Shown here in pieces: positions 54,495 to 62,274 of a DNA stretch of 64,000 nt (positions within the stretch are counted from its first letter, which is position 1; each line of letters begins with the position of its first letter). This DNA is from Anaerolineae bacterium (GTDB lineage: Bacteria > Chloroflexota > Anaerolineae > Aggregatilineales > UBA3940): the NCBI GenBank assembly GCA_034435035.1, contig DAOTXW010000081.1:72580-136579 (forward strand). The letters run 5' to 3'. The notes under the pieces were generated by a model. The model was given only the letters and a program-made list of their open reading frames with translations. It did not search any database and had not been told where the DNA came from. The position numbers and the translations under genes are program-made.

Positions 54495-57400
54495 CTACGG
54501 CGCGAAGGGGATCTCCACAAAGTCGCCGCCGGGCGGGTTGACTACAGTCAGGCGGATTGAAGTCTGTGGATCATAGATACCGATGCGCAGCGTGTAAGGG
54601 CCGGGCGGCGCATCGGCTGGTAGCGTGATGTCGTGCGTCTGCGCAATGAAGTCACCTGCTCGCCAGCCTGTTGAGGGCGCCCCCAGCCCGTCGCTCTGGG
54701 CCAGCATGGCGCTGTTTCCATCCAGCAGGTGCAGGAAGATACGCAGCGGAACGGGCGTCGGCCCGTCGGCTATCCAGGTCGTCAGCAGCGTGAAAGACTG
54801 GCCCGGCCCCCCGACTCCGAACGCCTCCACCCCGAGGAGCGTGGCAGCCGCGCTCGTCTGGCCGGGCAGCGCAAAACCGTATTCCTGCCCCCCGCTGTCC
54901 CTGGACGGCAGATCGCCGGCGCTGACGCGGTAGCGCGTGTAACTGCTGTGGGCAGCCTCCGGCATGATGCCCCAGCCGGGCATCTGCGCAGCCAGCGCCG
55001 GATGCAGCCCGGCAAAGGCCGGGATCGCCAGCTCCGCCGCGCCATCGAAACTGGCAGCAGGCACCAGCAGCGCGGTGTGCGGGTCAAAGAAGCTCAGCGA
55101 TCGCGCATAAACGTCATCATTCATCATCAGCAGCAGCGTGCCGGGATCCATCAGATACGGGGTGACGCCCCCCACGGCGACCGGAGGACGGTCCGGGCGG
55201 GCGTCGAGATCGGCAGCCAGCGGCACATAGTCCGATTGGTACCAGAAACGCACGGCGGGATCCGCAGGCCAGAGCGTGAAGTAGTGCAGAGCAGTGTTCT
55301 GCAGCTGGTGCACCAGACCCAGCGCCGCCACCAGCCCCACCGAGATCGCCAGCCGCAGATGCCCGGACTGTCGCAGCGCTCCCATCAGGCTGTCCACGGC
55401 GATGGCCGGGAAAATATAGGCGATTCCGAGCAGACCGATGGTGCGCGAGGGGTTCAGCGCTCGCTGGGTCACCAGTGTCGGGACGAGCATCGCCGCCAGC
55501 CAGATCAGCGCCAGCGCATAACCCTCCCGGCGCGGGCTGCCCCGCTGGAAAAGCCCGCCCAGGGCGATCAGCAGCCCGATGTAGAACAGCGCCGCCAGAA
55601 TCAGCGTCGGGAAGACGGGCAATGCCGCATTATTCACATCGATCCCCGGGTCGCCCCGGACGGTGAACATCCCCATCACGGGCAGCACATTGGCCAGCGC
55701 CGGGCCCGGATCGCCGGCCCGCAGGGCCTCCAGCGGCGCATCCACCGCCGCCGCCCTGGCAGCGGCCTGCGGGTCGGCCCAGGATCGCGCCAGTGGGATG
55801 CACAGGATCGCCGCCAGCAGGAAGCTGGCAGCCAGCCCGGGCCATTTGCCTGCCAGCCGGTCGCGCTGCAGCAGAGCCGCGGCTGCCACCCACAGCAGCA
55901 GGATGAGCGGCAGCATCAACGCCGCCGGATAGGTGTGCAGCGCCAGTGCCAGCATCGCCCCGGCGGCAGCGTAGAGCCAGGGCGGGGGCCGCCGGCTGTC
56001 CAGCAGCCGCGCAAACAGATAGGCGGCCAGCAGGGCCATGACCGGTGCGCTGCCGGTCCGTTCCCCCAGGCGCGAGAACGTCAGCGCCCAGTAAGAAGTC
56101 GTGATGCCGGCAGCGGCCATCAGAGCGGCCGGCCTGCCAAACAGCCGCCGCGTCAGGCTGAAGGTAGCCGCCACCCCGATCATGCCCAGCGCCAGCGCGG
56201 GCAGCCGCGACCCCAGGATATTCGTGCCGATCAGCCGGAAAGTCGCCGCGACCAGGATCTGGTACAGCGCCTCGCGCCCCCCGCCATACGGGTACAGCGC
56301 CCGGAGTTCTCCCCGGTAGATCATCTCGGCGTTGTACCAGTCGAAGACCTCATCATGGCTCACTCCCGGCGGCGATGCGCTGAAATGCGCGCTCCGCAGG
56401 GCGAAAGCGCCTACCAGCAGCGCCGTGACAGCCGCCCATTCCCAGCCGCTCAGCCGCCTGGCCCGCCTTCGAGATACCGCAGGCTCCGGAGGCCGGTGCA
56501 GCGCCCAGCCCGCGGCCGCGGCCAGCGACGCCGCCCACAACCAGGCCAGCGCGATCAGCCAGCCGCCGTCAGGCCCGATCACACGGGTGGCGTGCGCGTC
56601 CTCCGGGCTGGCGGCGTAGACCCAGAAGAAGTCCACTCCGTCGATCCGCACCACGAGCTGGGGAGGCTGCCCACTGAGCTCGTCCCAGCGCGGGCGCCAC
56701 TCATGCTGCTCCAGCTCCCGCTGGAACGCCGACAGATTGAACACGTAGTATTCGGAATCCCGGCGCAGGTCGCGCACCACTTCGCCGGCGAAAAAATCTC
56801 CCAGATAGATGTTCAGCGGCCAGCCAGCCCCGACTGTCAGCCGTCGGGGTTGCGGCTGCTGGTTCAGGTAATCGATGACGTAGTTCGCGCCCTCCGTCTC
56901 ACCCACCAGCTCGATCACCGTCACCGCCACCCGGTTGCCCCCCACCAGCGCGTTGTGATGGGCGCTGAAGTTCGGCGCGTAGTTCAGGGCAGTGGCTGCC
57001 TGCAGCAGCAGGGCAGCAGCCATCATACCGGCTGGGGTCAGGCGAGCGAGTCTCCCCCCGGCGGGCAGCCGCGACTGCAGCAGCGATGCCAGGCTGGCGG
57101 CGCCGGCAGCCGCCAGCACCTCCAGCATGACATGGGTGGGCAGCAGATAGCGATCAAACTGCTTGGCCCCGATGCTCATCTGCACTGTGAAGAAGAAGGC
57201 GTATGCCGCCAGCAGCCAGAAGATCAGCGGCGGCAGCGGTGGCTTGAAGCGGCGCGGGACGAACAGATACAGGCCTGCTGCCGCCGCGCTTAACGTCAGC
57301 GTGACGGCCGTCATGTTGAACAGCAGCGTGGCCGGGTAAAAAAGGATCGGCGGGCGCTGGCCGGCGTAATACTGGCCGGCGAAGAAACGCGCCAGCCCAT

Positions 57401-58250
57401 GCCCCCGGGCAACATGCTCGCCCGCCCCGCTGACGATGCTCTGCAGCACCAGGCCGGGCTGCACCCACATCGCCGGCCACAGCGCCAGCGGCAGCGCAGC
57501 CATGCCGATCCACTGGAGCAGCGGCAGGACGATCGCCCGGGCGGCCACGCCTGCCAGCCAGCGAGCGCGCCCCTGCGCGCGATCAGTCCATTCCGCCCGA
57601 ACCCGGACACTGGCCGCGGCCAGCAGCGTCAGACCGGCAAAGGGCAGCAGGAACAGGGAAGGCACCTTCGTCAGGATCGCCAGCCCACCAACCAGACCAG
57701 ACAGCAGCAGGTCACCCCGCTGCCGGCTGTGAGCATGGTTCAGGATCAGCAGCCCGGAACACAGCATCAGCGATGCGGCCAGCGCATCCACATGCAGCAC
57801 GCGCCCCTGCGCAGCATAGAAGGGTGAGAAGGCCATCAGCCCGCCGGCCGTCAGTCCCAGCGGCCACCCGCCGAGCCGCACCAGCAGCCGGGTATTGAGG
57901 ACGATCAGGCCGGCGATCACCAGTGCCAGACCCAGGATTGAGGCGCTGATCTCGCGCCCGGTTCGAGTGGCATCCGGTCGGGCTGCCCAGTCAAACAGAG
58001 CGCCGGCCGCTGTCCCTCGTGTGGCCTCGAACAGCGCCAGCGAGCCACCTCCAATGGCCATCACGGTGAATCCGGGGTGGCGCGACTGGTAGGTGCTGGC
58101 CCAGTCCTGCCCGGCGACGGCCTCCACGAAGGCACGGCTGCGGCGGTGCCACTGGCGTGGACGCTCCACCGGCTGGTAGGCGCGAATCAGAAAGGCGATC
58201 AGGTACAGTGCGATCAGCGCCAGGGCAGAGACGCGGCGAGAGCGGATCAT
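54495..58250 (-). CDS. 1251-aa two-module polytopic membrane protein: an N-terminal module paralogous to the 58247..60049 product, fused to an ArnT/PMT-like GT-C module with a C-terminal beta-rich module
   Basis: aa 1 to ~585 are collinear with the neighbouring 600-aa protein (e.g. YQSRHPGFTVMAIGG vs YQSRHPGVTGMVIGG, GGLMAFSPFYAAQGRVLHVDAL vs GGLMAFSPFYLAQGRVFHLDAL). The junction is near nt 56480 (GWALHRPPEPAVSRRRARR). Module 2 has the first-loop motif SPPGVSHDEVFDWYN. The C-terminal module spans 54495-54803. Confidence 0.7.
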   Translation of the reverse strand: MIRSRRVSALALIALYLIAFLIRAYQPVERPRQWHRRSRAFVEAVAGQDWASTYQSRHPGFTVMAIGGGSLALFEATRGTAAGALFDWAARPDATRTGREISASILGLALVIAGLIVLNTRLLVRLGGWPLGLTAGGLMAFSPFYAAQGRVLHVDALAASLMLCSGLLILNHAHSRQRGDLLLSGLVGGLAILTKVPSLFLLPFAGLTLLAAASVRVRAEWTDRAQGRARWLAGVAARAIVLPLLQWIGMAALPLALWPAMWVQPGLVLQSIVSGAGEHVARGHGLARFFAGQYYAGQRPPILFYPATLLFNMTAVTLTLSAAAAGLYLFVPRRFKPPLPPLIFWLLAAYAFFFTVQMSIGAKQFDRYLLPTHVMLEVLAAAGAASLASLLQSRLPAGGRLARLTPAGMMAAALLLQAATALNYAPNFSAHHNALVGGNRVAVTVIELVGETEGANYVIDYLNQQPQPRRLTVGAGWPLNIYLGDFFAGEVVRDLRRDSEYYVFNLSAFQRELEQHEWRPRWDELSGQPPQLVVRIDGVDFFWVYAASPEDAHATRVIGPDGGWLIALAWLWAASLAAAAGWALHRPPEPAVSRRRARRLSGWEWAAVTALLVGAFALRSAHFSASPPGVSHDEVFDWYNAEMIYRGELRALYPYGGGREALYQILVAATFRLIGTNILGSRLPALALGMIGVAATFSLTRRLFGRPAALMAAAGITTSYWALTFSRLGERTGSAPVMALLAAYLFARLLDSRRPPPWLYAAAGAMLALALHTYPAALMLPLILLLWVAAAALLQRDRLAGKWPGLAASFLLAAILCIPLARSWADPQAAARAAAVDAPLEALRAGDPGPALANVLPVMGMFTVRGDPGIDVNNAALPVFPTLILAALFYIGLLIALGGLFQRGSPRREGYALALIWLAAMLVPTLVTQRALNPSRTIGLLGIAYIFPAIAVDSLMGALRQSGHLRLAISVGLVAALGLVHQLQNTALHYFTLWPADPAVRFWYQSDYVPLAADLDARPDRPPVAVGGVTPYLMDPGTLLLMMNDDVYARSLSFFDPHTALLVPAASFDGAAELAIPAFAGLHPALAAQMPGWGIMPEAAHSSYTRYRVSAGDLPSRDSGGQEYGFALPGQTSAAATLLGVEAFGVGGPGQSFTLLTTWIADGPTPVPLRIFLHLLDGNSAMLAQSDGLGAPSTGWRAGDFIAQTHDITLPADAPPGPYTLRIGIYDPQTSIRLTVVNPPGGDFVEIPFAP

Positions 58251-60049
58251 GCCGGCTCCTGTTCAGGGGTTCTGGATGCCCACCAGCTGGCCGCCGCGAC
58301 AGCCGCGATCCATGCCCAGGCCAGGATGATGAGCAGCGGGCCACCCCGGTTGATCACGATGGTCTCCTGATCGGCAGGCGGCGGGCTGGCATACAGCCAC
58401 GCCTGCTCCACCCCGTCGAACGCCACCACCAGCGCTGGCGGGCGATCCAGATAGCGCCGGTCGATCTGCTCTGGCTGGCGCTGCACCGCAGAGAGGTTGA
58501 AGGCATAGAAGTCCACTACCTCCGGGCCGGTTGTGACAGCGCCGCCGAAGTACTGGTTGAGCGACTCGTCCAGCGGGGCCACCACGCCGACGCGAAGGGC
58601 CTCCGGGTCTGGCTGCCGATTCAGATAAGCGGCGATGTCTGCCACTCCCTCATTCTGGCCCATCAGTTCCACCACACCCCGCGCCCCGCGCCCCCCGCCC
58701 AGCAGGGCATTGTAGTGCGATCCATAGTAGGGAGCATAGGGCAGAACGGCGGCCATCTGCAGAGCCACGACCAGCCCGCAGATGACGGCCATGGCCCGAT
58801 CGGCAGGCCAGCGCACCCTCCGGGCGATCATCGCAGCGAACTCGACGGCGCCGGCGGCGGCGATGACCTCCAGGGGCAGGTAGCCGGGCAGGATGTAGCG
58901 GTCGCTCTGCTTGGCCCCCAGCATCATCTGCAGCGTGAAGAAGAAGACGTAAGCCGCCAGCAGCCAGAAGGCCCGCCCGCTCAGCGACGCTCCGCCCCGC
59001 CGCCACCCATACCGGATCGCCCCCACCACCCCCAGACTCAGCGTCACAAACGACATCTTGAACAGCAGGATCGTTGGGTAGAGCAGCGGGCTGGGGCGGG
59101 CGCCCTGTACGATCTGCCCGGCGAAGAAGCGCCCGCCGGGATGCGGGCGCAGCAGGTGGATCAGCGCTCCGTAATACATGTTGCCGAGCGCCGTGACAGG
59201 TTCCACCCACATAACGGGCCAGAGGGCATGCGGGAGGGCAGCCATCAGCCCCCACAGCAGGCCCGGACGCACCACCCCCCGCCAGCCCAGCCCCGCCAGC
59301 CACCGCGCTCGCCTGCCGCTGTGCCTCCCCCACCCCGCCCGCACCTCCGGCAGCACCCCCACCCCCAGCACCAGCCCCACATACGGCAGCAGAAACACGC
59401 TCGGACTTTTCGTCAGCAGCGCCAGACCCCCCAGCACCCCCGACCCCGCCAGCCACCCCGGCACACGCCTCCCCCCGCTGCCTTCCTCCACATGCACCAG
59501 CAGCATCAGCCCTGACGCCAGCATCAGCGACGCCACCAGCGCATCCAGGTGAAACACCCGCCCCTGCGCCAGATAGAACGGCGAGAACGCCATCAGCCCG
59601 CCGCTCACCACCCCCACCCACCGGCCTCCCAGCTTCCCCACCAGCCATGCATTCAGCACAATCAGCCCCGCCACCACCACCGACAGCCCCAGCACCCCCG
59701 CCGCGATCCGACGCCCCCGCTCCGTCGCCCCCGGCGCCGCCCCCCACTCAAATACCCACCCCCACCTCGTCCCTGCCACCGCATCATACGCCCGCAGACT
59801 CAACCCCCCGATCACCATCCCCGTCACCCCGGGATGCCGCGACTGGTACGTCTCCCCCCACTCCCTCCTCTCCACCGCTTCCATGAATAACTCCGACCGC
59901 TCGTACCACTGCGGCGGCCGCGACACCGGCCGGTACCCCCTCACCACCAGACTCACCCCGAACACTACCCCCAGCATCACCCCATACACCAGACGGCCCC
60001 GACGAATGGCAGAACCCCCGGCAGGCATAGAGGCCGATAAGATTGTCAT
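58247..60049 (-). CDS. 600-aa polytopic membrane protein (GT-C-like module, no C-terminal beta-rich module)
   Basis: More than 10 hydrophobic segments. Paralog of the N-module of the downstream gene. ATGA overlaps at both ends (58247-58250, 60046-60049). Confidence 0.65.
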   Translation of the reverse strand: MTILSASMPAGGSAIRRGRLVYGVMLGVVFGVSLVVRGYRPVSRPPQWYERSELFMEAVERREWGETYQSRHPGVTGMVIGGLSLRAYDAVAGTRWGWVFEWGAAPGATERGRRIAAGVLGLSVVVAGLIVLNAWLVGKLGGRWVGVVSGGLMAFSPFYLAQGRVFHLDALVASLMLASGLMLLVHVEEGSGGRRVPGWLAGSGVLGGLALLTKSPSVFLLPYVGLVLGVGVLPEVRAGWGRHSGRRARWLAGLGWRGVVRPGLLWGLMAALPHALWPVMWVEPVTALGNMYYGALIHLLRPHPGGRFFAGQIVQGARPSPLLYPTILLFKMSFVTLSLGVVGAIRYGWRRGGASLSGRAFWLLAAYVFFFTLQMMLGAKQSDRYILPGYLPLEVIAAAGAVEFAAMIARRVRWPADRAMAVICGLVVALQMAAVLPYAPYYGSHYNALLGGGRGARGVVELMGQNEGVADIAAYLNRQPDPEALRVGVVAPLDESLNQYFGGAVTTGPEVVDFYAFNLSAVQRQPEQIDRRYLDRPPALVVAFDGVEQAWLYASPPPADQETIVINRGGPLLIILAWAWIAAVAAASWWASRTPEQEPA

Positions 60050-62274
60050 GGTTCCACCACCCGAATTGTGTTCAGCGCCAGCCAGTTGTCGATGATGTGC
60101 CCATCTTCAGCTACGATGTTTAACCGCTCCCCGCTGCGATCGGAGAACCAGCCCAGCTCAAGCGTGTAGATCCCCGGCGGCATGTTATCCGGCAGCTGGA
60201 TGCGCCTCCGGTCAACGATCACCTGCCCGGGGATCCAATCCGTCGTCGAGGCGTCCGGTTCCCCCGGGTTGCCATCATTGCCGGCCCACTGCCTGTCCCA
60301 TCCCTGCGTGATGTGCAGAAAGACCTTGTAGGACTCATCCTGCGGCGGATCGAGCGCCTGCCAGTACAGCTTGACCGTCGTTCGCTTGCCAGCCCGTACT
60401 ACCCGCGGCTCGATGGTGTAGCCCACCAGCGCAAAATGGCCATCCCAGTTGATGAATGTCTGGTTCGGGTAGTCGGCCTCCGGATTGTCCGGTATCCGCA
60501 CCCGGCCAAACACCAGCGCATCGTCACCCTCCTCGCCGACCGGCAGCCGGGTCCCATCGCTATCATACAACCCGATCTCGACGGCAAATCGATCAGGAGA
60601 GTAAGCTGTGCCCGGCAGGTAGATGCGGTAGGTCTCGGTGAAGATGTGCCCCGGCCGCCACCAGTGCGAGGGGTAGTTGCCCAGGCCGGTGTATGTGTCC
60701 CGCTGCGCGACCATCGCGCCATCCGGGTTCACCAGGTGGATGAACACTGAGTAGGGGCGGTCGGTGGGCCGCAAGATTTCCCAGGTGACGGTCACACTAA
60801 CCGGCTCGCCCGGGCGGACCGTTTCCGGTTCGGCACGCACCGCCAGGATGCGGGCAGCGTCTCCGACCTCTATGTTCAGCGAATCGGGCGGCGCTGCCTC
60901 ATGGCCGGGCAGCGCGTAGGCCGGGATCAGGTACCCGATCAGCGCGGCCAGCGCACAGGCAACCATCCCGGCGCAGACCGCCCCCGCCGCGGCCGGCTGC
61001 CAGCGGATCGGCAGCGCGCCGGGCAGACCGGCTGCCACCAGCACGGCAAAGGCGGGCAGACCGGGGAAGAAGAAGCGCCCCATCGCCCCGGCCGGGCTGA
61101 CGGTGATATAGGCATACAATACAGCAAAGTTGATCATCATCGCTGCGGCCAGCACCGCCAGCGCGCGCCGCCGGGGCGCGTCGAAATCCCCGCGGGCAGC
61201 GCGGATCGCCAGACCCACCAGTCCAGCCCCACACAGCGCGGCACTGGCGATATAGAAGGACGCCGGGACCGGAATCTGCCCGTAGCCAAAGCGTGCCCAC
61301 AGGCTTGTCCAGGCATATACCAGTTCGCGCCCGGCCAATTGCACCCCGGCCACCGGGTCGCGGAAGCCCCAGATCTCCGTCAGCCGGAAGAAGCCGGTTG
61401 GCTCCCCATACAGGATCGTGTTGCGGACGTACCACCAACCAGCGATGACAGCAGTGGCACCTGCGATGATCCCCACGGCGCGCAGCAGGGCTCCCCGGCG
61501 GCTGCGCCAGCCCGGCGCGGAGTCGGCAGGCAGCGGGGCCAGTGCCAGCGCCAGCCCGATGACCGCCAGCATAGCCACCAGGTTAAACTTCACCAGCGCC
61601 GCCGCGCCGGACAGCGTCCCCAGCAGCACCGCCCGCCTCTGCGTCAGGCCAGCCTGAACCACCTGCACACAGACCAGCGCGAGCGCCGCGCCCATCAGCC
61701 CGGCGGGCACATCGTTGTTGACCGCCCCGCCCAGATAGAGGAACATCGGGTTGAACGCCACCAGGCCGCCCGCTGCCAGTTCCACCGCCGGCCGGTCGGG
61801 AGCCAGCAACCGCGCCGTGAGCGCGGTCAGCGCGACAGCCCCCGCCCCCCACAGCACGGTGACCCAGCGGGCCAGATGGGCCGCCAGCGCGGCATCCCGG
61901 TAAGGCCAGGCTTCATCCGGCCCGTGCAGGTAGAGGTTCTTGTTATCGGTCCCAACCTCCCAGTTTCGATATGACCACTGCGGGTTGGTCGGCGGTTCAG
62001 CCAGCGGGTCGGCCGGGCGCGCCCAGAAGCTCAGCAGAGCAGCGGTCGCGTAATAGAGGGGCGGATGATGCGCCTGTGCGTTGCCCGCATCGCCGGACTG
62101 GACCGGCAGCCGTCTATAATCAGCCAGGTAGCGCACATAGCGGTAGTGCCGCAGCTCATCGGTTGCCTCATGGATCGGGTTGGCGATGCTGTAGGCCGCC
62201 GCCAGAATAACGTAAGCCAGCGCCAGCAGCGTGGGCAGCGGATCCGATCGCAGGGAGCGGAACAGGTGCATCAT
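60046..62274 (-). CDS. 742-aa ArnT/PMT-like GT-C membrane glycosyltransferase with two tandem C-terminal beta-rich modules
   Basis: First-loop motif PIHEATDELRHYRYVRYL and about 11 TM segments. C-terminal modules lie at roughly 60391-60810 and 60046-60390. Confidence 0.7.
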   Translation of the reverse strand: MMHLFRSLRSDPLPTLLALAYVILAAAYSIANPIHEATDELRHYRYVRYLADYRRLPVQSGDAGNAQAHHPPLYYATAALLSFWARPADPLAEPPTNPQWSYRNWEVGTDNKNLYLHGPDEAWPYRDAALAAHLARWVTVLWGAGAVALTALTARLLAPDRPAVELAAGGLVAFNPMFLYLGGAVNNDVPAGLMGAALALVCVQVVQAGLTQRRAVLLGTLSGAAALVKFNLVAMLAVIGLALALAPLPADSAPGWRSRRGALLRAVGIIAGATAVIAGWWYVRNTILYGEPTGFFRLTEIWGFRDPVAGVQLAGRELVYAWTSLWARFGYGQIPVPASFYIASAALCGAGLVGLAIRAARGDFDAPRRRALAVLAAAMMINFAVLYAYITVSPAGAMGRFFFPGLPAFAVLVAAGLPGALPIRWQPAAAGAVCAGMVACALAALIGYLIPAYALPGHEAAPPDSLNIEVGDAARILAVRAEPETVRPGEPVSVTVTWEILRPTDRPYSVFIHLVNPDGAMVAQRDTYTGLGNYPSHWWRPGHIFTETYRIYLPGTAYSPDRFAVEIGLYDSDGTRLPVGEEGDDALVFGRVRIPDNPEADYPNQTFINWDGHFALVGYTIEPRVVRAGKRTTVKLYWQALDPPQDESYKVFLHITQGWDRQWAGNDGNPGEPDASTTDWIPGQVIVDRRRIQLPDNMPPGIYTLELGWFSDRSGERLNIVAEDGHIIDNWLALNTIRVVEP

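Noticed and set aside
54729-57293. 854-aa + strand ORF antisense to the 1251-aa GT-C gene.
   Set aside because: The translation is dominated by R/Q/P/G/H with no hydrophobic core or recognisable motif. It is the typical stop-codon-poor shadow frame of a high-GC gene, and the opposite strand has clear paralog and motif support.
58157-59890. + strand ORFs 58157..59515 (452 aa), 59549..59890 and 59647..59886 with Pro/His/Thr-rich products, and the minus alternative frame 58650..59747.
   Set aside because: They are by-products of the extreme C-richness of the + strand over the 58247..60049 gene. They show no domain signal, and the real frame is supported by collinearity with the paralog.
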